The notes beneath the pieces are model-generated. The model searched no databases. It saw only the letters and a list, made by a program, of their open reading frames with translations, and was not told the origin of the DNA. From NCBI GenBank assembly GCA_021735245.1, contig JAIPHJ010000008.1, forward strand, positions 10 to 64,009: 64,000 bases of DNA, read 5' to 3'. This document shows, piece after piece, positions 1 through 9,878 of this stretch (position 1 is the first letter of the stretch; every line of letters begins with the position of its first letter). The stretch is from Candidatus Bipolaricaulota bacterium (GTDB taxonomy: Bacteria; Bipolaricaulota; Bipolaricaulia; M55B111). A program made the position numbers and the translations under genes.

Positions 1-30
1 CCCATATTGGGTATAAGGCGGGAAACGGGT

Positions 31-127
31 TCGATTGACTGCTGGGTCGATTGTCGTTAAAGAAAAACATTCCTGACCTTACGGGTTTGTGGTTACAAGC
101 CCCGCACCTTGGTGCGGGGTAATTGAC
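31..127 (-). mobile_element. IS200/IS605-type left-end hairpin element (type A); may continue past the window start
   Basis: Minus strand reads GTCAATTACCCCGCACCAAGGTGCGGGGCTTGTAA...GACCCAGCAGTCAATCGA; homologous to copies at 31811, 32677 and 40212. Confidence 0.7.
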
Positions 128-221
128 TTCAGAAAAACGTTGCGGAATTTTAACCAAAGTGATAGGGCGGAAATTTAGCCTTAACGGAAAGGTTAAGACC
201 AGTTTTTAGAACCGGGTTTTC

Positions 222-250
222 TTGACATAAACCATGAAGCATTACATTAT
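222..250 (+). promoter_or_regulatory. Putative sigma70 promoter of the pfkB-family gene
   Basis: TTGACA at 222-227, 17-nt spacer, CATTAT at 245-250. Confidence 0.45.
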
Positions 251-335
251 ATAGGCTCAGTATATTAAGAAAGGAGGGACTATTCTTTGTCTATACGGAA
301 AGCGGGACACTATTTTTTAATCAAGGGGTTATTTT

Positions 336-1214
336 ATGAAAAAGTTTGAGGTCATGTTGCTGGGTCACTTTACTAAGGATCGAGAAGTAGTGGGGCAACA
401 GGAGGCTGATCTTCTCGGCGGTGCGGTCTATTTCGGGGCGTTCCCGCTTAAAAAGATGGGGGTAAAAGTCGGGGTCGTTACTAAACTGGCCGAGGAGGAC
501 TTTTCGGGACTTACGGAATTTAAAGAGGCCAATATTCCTGTATTCGCTTCCAGGGCCCCTGAAACTACGGGAATGAAAAACGTCTATCCCACCGAAAAAC
601 GGGAAGAAAGAAAGAGTTACCAGACAGGCTTTGCCGGACCTTTTGATCGAAGTGACTTACCCGAAGTTGACACTGAGATCTTCCATATTGGGGCTCTATT
701 GCGGGGGGAAGTTTCACCTGAATTGATAAAGCATTTGAGCCAGGGATCGGAGCTGGGGCTGGATTTACAGGGATTTGTTCGAAAAAAGAGTGGCGACGAC
801 ATTGTATTGGAAAAGTGGGAAAAAGCTGGAGAAGTCTTACCTTATGTTACCTATCTAAAGGCAGACGACAACGAGGCGGAGATCTTGACCGGGGAAGAAG
901 ACCTGACCGGAGCGACTAAGGAGCTGGCCAGGCTGGGACCCGAAGAGGTTGTGGTTACCCACGACGATGGCGTAATAGCATACACAGAAGGTAAGGTCCA
1001 TCGGGCCCCGTTTAGGCCTAAGTCTTTGGATGGTAGAACGGGCAGAGGGGATACCTGTATGGCAACCTACCTGGGTAAAAGGTCGCAAGGATCGACTCCA
1101 GAGGAAGCAATAAGGTACGCGGCGGCTCTTACGACCCTTAAACTAGAGGAGCCGGGCCCGTTTAACAGGGAAATAGGTGAAGTCAAGAAGCTACTGGAAG
1201 AGCAACAATTTTAG
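336..1214 (+). CDS. PfkB/ribokinase-family carbohydrate kinase
   Basis: N-terminal GG motif (LLGGAVYF), DLQGFVR, YLKADDNEA, C-terminal GRTGRGDT anion-hole motif. Confidence 0.85.
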   Translation: MKKFEVMLLGHFTKDREVVGQQEADLLGGAVYFGAFPLKKMGVKVGVVTKLAEEDFSGLTEFKEANIPVFASRAPETTGMKNVYPTEKREERKSYQTGFAGPFDRSDLPEVDTEIFHIGALLRGEVSPELIKHLSQGSELGLDLQGFVRKKSGDDIVLEKWEKAGEVLPYVTYLKADDNEAEILTGEEDLTGATKELARLGPEEVVVTHDDGVIAYTEGKVHRAPFRPKSLDGRTGRGDTCMATYLGKRSQGSTPEEAIRYAAALTTLKLEEPGPFNREIGEVKKLLEEQQF

Positions 1215-1700
1215 CCAGTAACGGATTTCTAAAAATCCCTGGTTGTCCGTAAATATAGTAGATATTCTGTACGGTGAATCGAAATCCTGCCCGGAAAAGT
1301 AGTTACGGGATAAGTATACTGGGTAATTTGACTTTTTATATTGTCTCTGTATAATGTAACAATTCTCGAAGGGGTCTAAAATATTAGATATCATTTCGAA
1401 GGGAAACTACAGGTGGATGGGAGCCCGATATGTTGAAGAGAGGTTTCTCGTAAAATAGAATATTTTCTATTAGACTCCTAGACAGAAAGATTATTAGAAG
1501 GGAAGGGCGGAATAATTTTTTAGATGCTGCCTGTTGGTGACAGTAAATATTCCATCTCATCCAACGGGGGTGAAACTAAAGTACCAGTTTTTATTTCTCA
1601 ATTCGTTTAACGGAGCTATTTGATGTAACTAATTCTTTAGACTCGGAATTTTTTATTAATAACCATTCATTATAACTATAAAGGAGGTATTTCATAAAAA

Positions 1701-2996
1701 TTGAATAAAAAAATTGCTGTAGTGTTATTGCTGGGTATATTGGGAACCGCCCTGTTTTCGGTATTTAGTTTTAGTGCTGACGTACAACTTGATTACTGGA
1801 TTTGGGATCCAACTATTAGGGGAAAGTACGAGAAGGCAATAGAAGAATTCGAATCCCAGAACCCCGACATCGAGGTCAATCTGAATGCAATAGAACCCGA
1901 TAACTACTGGACGAAGATGAGGCTAAATGCCAGAACCAACCAGCTACCCGACGTCTTTAACATGAGTTCCGCGTTCTTGGAGCAGTGGGTATCCAATGGA
2001 TCGGTAATGGCCCTTGATAAGTTTCTAGAAGAAGACTTAAATCAGGAGAATTACTTCTCCCCTCTGTTTGACGTCCTCACGTTTGACGGCTCCACGTATG
2101 CCCTGCCGTTTGCCTGGGTTACCCCGGTTTTATACTACAATAAGGACGCTTTCGACGAAGCAGGAGTGGACTACCCGTCAAATGGCTGGACCTGGGACGA
2201 TTTTCTCAAGGCAGCCAGGAAGCTGACGAAAGACTCTAACGGTGACGGAAAAATCGACCAATGGGGTTTCTGGTTCTACGGTCGTTACGCCCATATCGAA
2301 CCATGGATCTATCAAAACAACGGGCGACTGCTGGATGAAAACAAGCAGAACTTTGATCCCTCGCCCGAAGCCGTAGAAGCTTTAAGGTTCTTAACCGATC
2401 TCGTTCTGGAACACGAAGTGGCGCCGTCTAAGTCAGAGATGTCCGGGATAGATCAACAGAATGTTTTCCCCCAGGGCGAGGCAGCGATGTGGGTGGACGG
2501 CAGCTGGAGCATAGAGAATAACCGTCGCATTATCGGTGATAGTTTCGACTGGGGTATAGCTAAGGTCCCTCGCGGTCCAAGCTGGGAAGAGGATACTCTC
2601 TTTGCCTGGCCGGATAACATAGCCATCTCTCCGAACACTGACCATCCGGAAGCAGCCTGGAAACTCGCCAAATTCTTTAGCGGTCCCGGTCTGAGTTCAG
2701 ATCTCTACATGGCCGGCAAGATACCCTCTTACAACCCCCTGGCAAAATCGGAAGAGTTCTTCAACCAGGATGCCCAACCTTCCAATATAACAAAACTACT
2801 CGAGTGGGGTAGTCTGCCGATGAAGACGTCATTTACAAAAAGCTGGTCCGAATGGCGCGGTTACGCCGGTGCTGAAGGGCTTGGACTTACGGGTGCTATT
2901 GATCAAGTTATCAATGGCAGGAAGGATTTCGATCAGGCAATGAAAGAAGCCAACAAATACATCAACAAAGTTCTAGACGAAAACTACGAAGAATAA
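1701..2996 (+). CDS. Sugar ABC transporter (CUT1) substrate-binding protein
   Basis: Signal peptide; PDVF, YALPF..VLYYNKDAFDEAGVDYP..WTWDDF motifs; AAGGAGGT upstream. Confidence 0.9.
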   Translation: MNKKIAVVLLLGILGTALFSVFSFSADVQLDYWIWDPTIRGKYEKAIEEFESQNPDIEVNLNAIEPDNYWTKMRLNARTNQLPDVFNMSSAFLEQWVSNGSVMALDKFLEEDLNQENYFSPLFDVLTFDGSTYALPFAWVTPVLYYNKDAFDEAGVDYPSNGWTWDDFLKAARKLTKDSNGDGKIDQWGFWFYGRYAHIEPWIYQNNGRLLDENKQNFDPSPEAVEALRFLTDLVLEHEVAPSKSEMSGIDQQNVFPQGEAAMWVDGSWSIENNRRIIGDSFDWGIAKVPRGPSWEEDTLFAWPDNIAISPNTDHPEAAWKLAKFFSGPGLSSDLYMAGKIPSYNPLAKSEEFFNQDAQPSNITKLLEWGSLPMKTSFTKSWSEWRGYAGAEGLGLTGAIDQVINGRKDFDQAMKEANKYINKVLDENYEE

Positions 2997-3016
2997 CCGG
3001 TAAAATTTATACAGTA

Positions 3017-3054
3017 ATAAAGGGGGGGAGAAGATGGTTTTCTCTCCCCTTTAT
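3017..3054 (+). terminator. Stem-loop after the SBP gene (terminator or mRNA stabiliser)
   Basis: ATAAAGGGG..GAGAA / TTCTCTCCCCTTTAT inverted repeat. Confidence 0.6.
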
Positions 3055-3213
3055 TTATTAAACTTGTAGATCATTTTTGAAAACTGCCGGTAAGCCAGAA
3101 CATCGCTTCCTTTTATTCTCATTTAACTGTATACAATCCTTATTAAGGTTTGTTCGGCAAACAAAGTTACCCTAACAACTTTGAAGAGTATTTAAAAACT
3201 TAAGGAGGGAAAC

Positions 3214-4101
3214 TTGAGAAACGGTGCTCGCAACTGGTATCAGTCCTGGCATCCTTACGCTTTCCTCGCTCTGGGAGTCGTAGGGCTGTTTGTCTTTAGG
3301 TTAGGGCCAATCGGGGCGGCCTTTTTCATGAGCTTCACCGAATGGAATATTATGGGAGATATAGAGTGGGTAGGGCTAGCCAACTACAAGGAAATGTTTG
3401 CGAGTGGGGATTTTTGGATAGTCCTGCGCAACACAGGGGTTTTTACTTTAATATACGTTCCCGGGGCACTCTTTGCGGGTTTTCTACTCTCCCTGGTTAT
3501 AAATGTTAAAGTCAAGGCAGTAAGTTTCTTTCGCGCGTTGTTTTTCTCTCCCCTGGTTACTTCGGCGGTAGCTATAGGAATGGCCTGGAGCTGGATTCTT
3601 AGTCCAAAATTTGGAATACTCAATTATTTCATAAATGCAGCTTTAGGTATCGAAGGACCGGCCTGGTTGGGTAATCCTGATACGGCCCTGATGGCGGTTG
3701 CGCTGGTATTTATTTGGAAGGAAGCAGGTTTCTATATGATTATATTTCTGGCTGGCTTACAAAACATTCCAAACAGCCTTTACGAAGTAGCTTCTGTGGA
3801 TGGAGCTTCGTGGTGGCACAAGCTGAGAAAGATTACCCTACCTTTGTTGACGCCAACGACTTTTTTCGCCTTAATTATTGCCGTCTTTCGGTTATGGCAG
3901 CATTTTCAGTTAGTTTATGCCATGACCAAAGGAGGTCCGGGTATTTCTTCAACCACCCTGCCCTATTCGATTTACCAGAATGCTTTTGTCTTTTATAACA
4001 TGGGTTATGCTTCCGCTTTAGCTTATGTTTTCGTATTAATCGTAGGGGCCATAACCGCTCTGAATTTTTACTACAAGAGCCGCTGGGTTACATATCAATG
4101 A
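3214..4101 (+). CDS. Sugar ABC transporter permease (MalF-like)
   Basis: Multiple TM segments; EAA loop YEVASVDGAS; TTG start after TAAGGAGG. Confidence 0.9.
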   Translation: MRNGARNWYQSWHPYAFLALGVVGLFVFRLGPIGAAFFMSFTEWNIMGDIEWVGLANYKEMFASGDFWIVLRNTGVFTLIYVPGALFAGFLLSLVINVKVKAVSFFRALFFSPLVTSAVAIGMAWSWILSPKFGILNYFINAALGIEGPAWLGNPDTALMAVALVFIWKEAGFYMIIFLAGLQNIPNSLYEVASVDGASWWHKLRKITLPLLTPTTFFALIIAVFRLWQHFQLVYAMTKGGPGISSTTLPYSIYQNAFVFYNMGYASALAYVFVLIVGAITALNFYYKSRWVTYQ

Positions 4102-4122
4102 AATCACATATAGAGGGAGAAT

Positions 4123-4953
4123 ATGAGTAAAACTCAAAAAGTCATATATTATACACTAGTTACCGGAATAGGTTTTATCTGGGCGTTCCCTTTTCTCTGG
4201 ATGATGAATGCATCTTTTAGTACCCAGGAGGTAATATTTAGCCTCCCTCCTAAATTAGGTGACTTATTTACCTCTTCGAATCCTTTTATTAACTATATAA
4301 AGGTTTTAACGGAGTATAATTTCTTCCGGTATATGCTAAATACGGCTTTTGTTACCGTTAGCGCTTCGGTTGGCCAGTTACTAACGTGCTCGCTGGCCGG
4401 GTTTGCTTTCGCCAGGATGAAATTCCGGGGTAAAAACGTTCTCTTTGGTCTTTTCCTCATGACGATGAGCGTGCCAATTCAGGTAGTTATAATACCGGAG
4501 TTCTTACTCATGATGCACCTCGGATGGTTGGACACCTGGCTTCCGCTGATCGTTCCCTCGATCTTCGTGGGTTCGTTGGGAACTTTTTTGATGCGTACTT
4601 TCTTTGAAAATATTCCTCAGGAAATCGAGGACTCTGCGGTCGTTGATGGTGCCGGCCCGTTCAGACTTTACTGGAACGTCTTTCTTCCTCAAGCAAAGAC
4701 TCCGTTAATTACGCTTTTCATTCTTGCTTTTATTACAAACTGGAACCAGTTACTTCGACCGATACTCTATATAAATAGTAGAAGTCTGATGACACTGCCA
4801 ATGGCTTTGACTCAATTTCAGAGCCAATACGAGGCCGAATGGCATTTATTACTTACCGGTTCCGTTATAACCGTCGTGCCTCTCATAATACTATATATCT
4901 TCCTCCAAAGATACGTCATAAGGGGTATGGCCAGGGTAGGAATAAAAGGCTAA
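4123..4953 (+). CDS. Sugar ABC transporter permease (MalG-like)
   Basis: EAA loop IEDSAVVDGAG; typical C-terminus FLQRYVIRG. Confidence 0.9.
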   Translation: MSKTQKVIYYTLVTGIGFIWAFPFLWMMNASFSTQEVIFSLPPKLGDLFTSSNPFINYIKVLTEYNFFRYMLNTAFVTVSASVGQLLTCSLAGFAFARMKFRGKNVLFGLFLMTMSVPIQVVIIPEFLLMMHLGWLDTWLPLIVPSIFVGSLGTFLMRTFFENIPQEIEDSAVVDGAGPFRLYWNVFLPQAKTPLITLFILAFITNWNQLLRPILYINSRSLMTLPMALTQFQSQYEAEWHLLLTGSVITVVPLIILYIFLQRYVIRGMARVGIKG

Positions 4954-4960
4954 CAGGGAC

Positions 4961-5021
4961 AAAAACCAGCCGATTCCTCCCCACAGCGAGCTGTGGGGCT
5001 TCCTCGGCAAGTTTTGGTGAA
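4961..5021 (+). mobile_element. IS200/IS605-type right-end hairpin element (type B)
   Basis: ACCAGCCGATTCCTCCCCACAGCGAGCTGTGGGGCTTCCTCGGCAAGTTTTGGTGAA; homologous to 26595-26655 and 32019-32075. Confidence 0.7.
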
Positions 5022-5248
5022 AGGTCTCGGTTATACGGAAACTTGCAATCAAACAAATTACTTTGAGTTGAAAAAACAGGTTCGACTACTATCTGATTTA
5101 TCTAAGGAGGGGCAACATCAGTTCGAGAAAAAAAACTTTCGAGGAAAGTGGGTTTAGATTTGAACGTACAAAGCGAAGCTTCGGAGAAGAATATTTTGCG
5201 GCATCAAGTCTAAAGCTCAAGGACGAGTGGTCCCTTAGACCTCGCTTT

Positions 5249-6544
5249 TTGGAAGATAAAAGTTTTCCCGTCCTTGTATACGCTGCATCGACGAGAGCAT
5301 CCAAATTGAAGAAAAAGTTAGGGGAGGTCCATCCTGTAATTTCTTTCTTCCCTTCTTTACCGGGTGAGGACGTTGAAGACTTAACCGAAGAAATAACGGA
5401 TTCCGGAGAAGTATTGCTATCCGCTCATTCACGAATAAATTATGCTTTGCGGAAAGCCCTGGAGAACGAGCAATTATTTATTGAAGACGGCAAGCTACGC
5501 TCCGAAGAGGTTAACAGCGCACGGTTGATAGAAATTCTGTACGAAAAAAATAATCTTTACGTCGAATCCGATCGATCCCGGAAAGAAAAACTCCGAGAGA
5601 AGTCACAGCTCCTGCCGGTAAATAGTAACTGTGGCTTCCCTTCGCGAGTCAAGCACAAACACGAGATATTAATGAACGCTTCGTTCTTTTTGTTAGAGCC
5701 GAGCGATATGAAGAGTGTACATTCCCTTTTCTGTCAGCCCTACGGATTAATCCTGAACCGAGGTAAGGTTCTACACCCTCCTCTCTTCCCCCGGGGAGCC
5801 ATTATTAGGGGAGAAGACGAAAGTAAAGCAGAAGTTTTATCCATCAGGGACGTAGATTTAAAGATAGGGGAAGAGAGGCTCAAGATTTCAGACAACTGCA
5901 GTGTTTTTACCAGAGCAAAAACGTACCTTACCCCTGAAAATCCCCATGAAACGCATTTAGCAGTAGTTAACAATCAAATAGTTTCTTACAAAGAGAATGG
6001 AGGTTTAAGGGTCCCGGATGCTGGATTCGTTTTGGCAGTCAAAAAAGACCTCTTTAGCAAATTGGAACTCTCTTCTCGGGTTGAGTATTTCTGGCGGAAT
6101 GACCCGGGGCCATCCCAACCGGTCTGGGGAATCCAGGTCGGCCCCGTTTTGTTCAGGGATGGATCAGTTCGTGACTCATTTGGTGAAGAAGCTTTCTCTG
6201 ACCGCCATCCGCCAACCGTATTTCCTTACAACTGGAACGAAACTCCAGCGGCACGGCTTGCGATAGCCGTAACGGAGGATGAAGAAATGATGCTGCTGGC
6301 GGTAGAGGGGTGCAACGACTCCGATTACCATCCCGGTTTCGATAGCCGAGGTGCAACGCTGGAGGAGTTGGTGGAGCTCTTGAGGGGAAATAATGTCAAG
6401 TGTGCGCTCAATCTAGACGGCGGAGGGTCAACCAGTCTGTATTTCGAAGGAGGGAGCTGTATCAAAAAGGCAGATAGAAAGAAACTACCGGGTGTAGCTT
6501 ATGAACGACCCGTTCCTTTAGTCATAACCGGTCGACAGGAGTGA
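5249..6544 (+). CDS. Phosphodiester glycosidase family protein (NAGPA/DUF2233-like); frame is open upstream to an ATC at 5117
   Basis: NASFF, GPVLFRDG, ARLAIAV, GATLEEL and ALNLDGGGSTSL motifs. Confidence 0.8.
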   Translation: MEDKSFPVLVYAASTRASKLKKKLGEVHPVISFFPSLPGEDVEDLTEEITDSGEVLLSAHSRINYALRKALENEQLFIEDGKLRSEEVNSARLIEILYEKNNLYVESDRSRKEKLREKSQLLPVNSNCGFPSRVKHKHEILMNASFFLLEPSDMKSVHSLFCQPYGLILNRGKVLHPPLFPRGAIIRGEDESKAEVLSIRDVDLKIGEERLKISDNCSVFTRAKTYLTPENPHETHLAVVNNQIVSYKENGGLRVPDAGFVLAVKKDLFSKLELSSRVEYFWRNDPGPSQPVWGIQVGPVLFRDGSVRDSFGEEAFSDRHPPTVFPYNWNETPAARLAIAVTEDEEMMLLAVEGCNDSDYHPGFDSRGATLEELVELLRGNNVKCALNLDGGGSTSLYFEGGSCIKKADRKKLPGVAYERPVPLVITGRQE

Positions 6545-6550
6545 ACTACA

Positions 6551-8746
6551 GTGAAAGCTTTAATCCTTGCTGGAGGAAAAGGCAGTAGGTCTGGAGTTGA
6601 TTACCCGAAGGTGCTCCAAAAGCTAGGGGAGAAAAGAGTTATTGACCATATATTGGAAAAAGCCAAACAATTTCTGGATCCTTCCGATATTTACATTGTT
6701 GTCGGTTACCAGAAAGAAGCGATAATAGATTATTTAGGCGCTAGTTACAATTACATAAACCAGGAAGAACAATTAGGCACAGCGCATGCAGCATTGCAGG
6801 CGACGGAGGAACTAAGAAATTGGAGTGGGACCCTTCTTGTCCTGTATGGAGATACTCCTCTGTTTCGGCAAGAATCAATTAGAGGCTTGATTAACTACCA
6901 TCAGCAGAAAGGCCCCGCCCTGACGATTTTTACGGCTTTTTTAGAGGATCCTCCCCCTTACGGGCGAGTCGTGAGGGATGACGAAGGGCGAATAACTTCT
7001 GTCATCGAGGAGTTCGACGCTTCGACTTCAGTAAAAGAAATTAAAGAAATAAATATTGGGGCCTATGTTGCTGAATGGCCCGAAATAGTACCTTCTTTGA
7101 GAGAGCTGGAAAGGGATAACGAACAGGATGAATATCTCTTTACTGACGTGGTTAAAGAGCTAACGGAACGAGATTTAAACGTCCACTCCTATCGCACCTT
7201 TGATAGCGATGAGATCCTCGGCATCAATACGCCAGAAGATCTGGATACTGCAGAGTTCATTTTGCAGAAAAGAACTTTCAGACCCTTCCAGCGGGAAGAA
7301 AAAAATATTATTGAATTTGGTACGGGGGGCTGGAGGGGGATTATCGGTGAAGGGTTCACATTTGACAACGTCAGAAGACTTGCCCAGGCCATTGCAAATA
7401 ACTTAATACGCGAGGGAAAAGAAGACGAAGGTGTAATCATCGGCTTTGGCAGACGGTTTTTGTCTAATAGGTTTGCGGAAGCATTTGCAGAGGTGCTGGC
7501 TGGTAATAACGTAAAAACTACCGTTTTGCCGGAAAGTTCCCCGACGCCGGTTATTGTGTACGCCACTCAAACGTCCGATCACGCTCTGGGAATTATGGTT
7601 ACGGCCAGTCATAATCCGGCTAAGTATAATGGGATCAAAATTAGAGCGGAAGAAGGCAAGCCAATGCCCGACTCAAAAACTCACTCTTTTGCCGAGGAAG
7701 CAAATTCATTTGATTCTCAGGAGGTAGTAAAAGCGGATTATTCGTCCTGTCAGAAAGCGGATTATATAAAAGAAAGGGAGTATAGCAATAGCTACATCGA
7801 CGCCGTAGAAGAAAAAATAGATATGGATTCTATAAGGTCCGCTGACATGCATGTAATCCTTGATCCGATGCATGGAGTAGGGCAAGTTACGCTTGAAACT
7901 ATACTGACGGAGTGCCGCTGTAAACTTAATACGATCCACGATCGCCACGATCCGCTTTTTGGTGGCCAGTCGCCTTCCCCGGATCTTTCTTCGTTGACGG
8001 AATTGACGTCCTTAGTTCAAGAGGAAAGCTACGACCTGGGGCTGGCTACGGACGGGGACGCTGACCGTATAGCCGTAATAGATGAGCGAGGAGAGTACGT
8101 CTCTGCCAACGATATATTAACCATCCTTTATTATTACCTGCACGAATACAGGAAGTTGTCAGGGGGAGTGGTCCGAAATTTAGCTACCACCCACAAGCTC
8201 GATAGACTCGCTCAGTCCTTCGGGGAAGAGTGTATAGAAGTACCTGTAGGGTTTAAACACATTTATCAGGCTATGAATGAAAGCGGAGCCCTGCTCGGAG
8301 GCGAGAGCAGTGGGGGGTTGACAGTTAGAGATCATATACCGGGTAAAGATGGGGTCTTTGCGGCTGCTTTGATTGTAGAACTTCTGGCAAAGAGCGGTAA
8401 ATCGTTGAGTGACTTTCAAGCTGAGTTAAAAGATATTACCGGTGAGTTATATACTTACCAGGAGAACATCGAATACCAGGGAGAAATGAAGGCAACTTTA
8501 ACAAAACAGTTCAAGGAAAGAGATCTAGAGGAAATTGCCGGACACTCTGTAGAATATACTACCCACAAGGACGGTGTCAAATATTTTCTGGAGAATGACA
8601 ACTGGGCCTTACTCCGTTTCTCCGGCACCGAGCCCCTCCTTCGCCTGCGTGCCGAAGGAACCACGAAAAGTACAGCGAAACGTTTAGTAAAGGGGCTTTA
8701 CGATAAATTTGAACTGGACACCCTGGAGGGGAAAAAGATTTATTAG
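6551..8746 (+). CDS. Fusion of a GlmU-type sugar-1-phosphate nucleotidyltransferase and an alpha-D-phosphohexomutase
   Basis: N-terminal ILAGGKGSR..PKVL, QLGTAHA, YGDTPL, YGRVVR, GINT; C-terminal FGTGGWRG, TASHNP, DGDADR, GGESSGG, RFSGTEP. Confidence 0.9.
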   Translation: MKALILAGGKGSRSGVDYPKVLQKLGEKRVIDHILEKAKQFLDPSDIYIVVGYQKEAIIDYLGASYNYINQEEQLGTAHAALQATEELRNWSGTLLVLYGDTPLFRQESIRGLINYHQQKGPALTIFTAFLEDPPPYGRVVRDDEGRITSVIEEFDASTSVKEIKEINIGAYVAEWPEIVPSLRELERDNEQDEYLFTDVVKELTERDLNVHSYRTFDSDEILGINTPEDLDTAEFILQKRTFRPFQREEKNIIEFGTGGWRGIIGEGFTFDNVRRLAQAIANNLIREGKEDEGVIIGFGRRFLSNRFAEAFAEVLAGNNVKTTVLPESSPTPVIVYATQTSDHALGIMVTASHNPAKYNGIKIRAEEGKPMPDSKTHSFAEEANSFDSQEVVKADYSSCQKADYIKEREYSNSYIDAVEEKIDMDSIRSADMHVILDPMHGVGQVTLETILTECRCKLNTIHDRHDPLFGGQSPSPDLSSLTELTSLVQEESYDLGLATDGDADRIAVIDERGEYVSANDILTILYYYLHEYRKLSGGVVRNLATTHKLDRLAQSFGEECIEVPVGFKHIYQAMNESGALLGGESSGGLTVRDHIPGKDGVFAAALIVELLAKSGKSLSDFQAELKDITGELYTYQENIEYQGEMKATLTKQFKERDLEEIAGHSVEYTTHKDGVKYFLENDNWALLRFSGTEPLLRLRAEGTTKSTAKRLVKGLYDKFELDTLEGKKIY

Positions 8747-8764
8747 GATGAAGTTATACCGAAA

Positions 8765-8815
8765 CTAGCCGAAAGTATTCCCGGGGTAACCCCTGGGCTG
8801 ATCGGCAGGTTTTTC
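8765..8815 (+). repeat. Degenerate type B hairpin copy
   Basis: TAGCCGA..TTCCCCGGGGTAACCCCTGGG..TCGGCAGGTTTT resembles 26600-26650. Confidence 0.45.
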
Positions 8816-9064
8816 CTCCAGCGTTTTTGAAAGACGCAATTTAGGGCAACAGGAGCTTTTTGTACGCGGCCCGATTTTTATTAACGGGGTAATAGATTGG
8901 TTGTAGCAGTTTAAGTTGAACCGAATTAGTCGAAATTGGTGCGCTGAAAGGTCCAACTTGGGCGGGGTTTCAGTTGTGAGTGCACCGGAAGACCAGGTGC
9001 TCGGTCCAGTATGGTCTTCGGGGTTACCTGGTGATCCCGCAGTCACAATCAAGGGGGTAGCAGT

Positions 9065-9724
9065 TTGATGCAAAAAGATACTATTTACACTTCGGAAAGA
9101 AATAGAGGTTCCAAAATTGTTCACGCTCTAATTTTCGACATGGGGGGAGTGATTTTTCCCCTTGATCACATGATAACCTGTCGCAAATTATCCAGGCATT
9201 GCAAATACGGACCGAAAAAAATTTACGATAAAATATTTGATTCCGAACTCGAAGATTTTTTTGCCAATGGACAAATCACTTCAAAAACATTTTATCACGA
9301 ACTAAAAAACATGTTAAAATTCGACGACCTGTCCTTCGATGAATTCCTCGAAATTTGGTCCAATATATTTCAAAAAGATCAGGCAGTATGGAAACTAATC
9401 GAGGAATTTAATAATAAGGGAGTTAACCTATATCTACTATCAAATACCGATAAAGTCCACTTTGAGCATCTCGAAAAAAAGTACGAGGTATCCAGGTTGT
9501 TCGATGATTGCATTCTGTCTTTTAGGGTCGGTAAAACTAAGCCGGATCCGGAAATATATAAGGTTGCTATGCAAAAAGCTGAGTTACCTCCGGAGGATTT
9601 GGTTTTTATTGACGATACCAGGGAAAACGTCTTAGGAGCTAATAGTCTGGGCTTGAATGCGATTCATTTTAGATCTCCCGGTGGACTCAGGGAAGACCTT
9701 GCGAGTTTTGAAATAGCCTTATAA
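9065..9724 (+). CDS. HAD-superfamily phosphatase (YihX-like); real start probably near 9116
   Basis: FDMGGV motif I, LLSNT motif II, KPDPEIY, FIDD motif IV. Confidence 0.85.
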   Translation: MMQKDTIYTSERNRGSKIVHALIFDMGGVIFPLDHMITCRKLSRHCKYGPKKIYDKIFDSELEDFFANGQITSKTFYHELKNMLKFDDLSFDEFLEIWSNIFQKDQAVWKLIEEFNNKGVNLYLLSNTDKVHFEHLEKKYEVSRLFDDCILSFRVGKTKPDPEIYKVAMQKAELPPEDLVFIDDTRENVLGANSLGLNAIHFRSPGGLREDLASFEIAL

Positions 9725-9878
9725 AACCGAGTTAAGCGTCTGAGTTTAATATAACCTTTCCCCGATTCCGTTATCCTCGAAAATCCCGTGCAAGGGATAA
9801 ATTCTTCATCCAGATCGGTTTCCGTAAAATGGTGGCGACGGTAAAAGACAAATATCGGCAGTTTTCACCGGGAATCGG

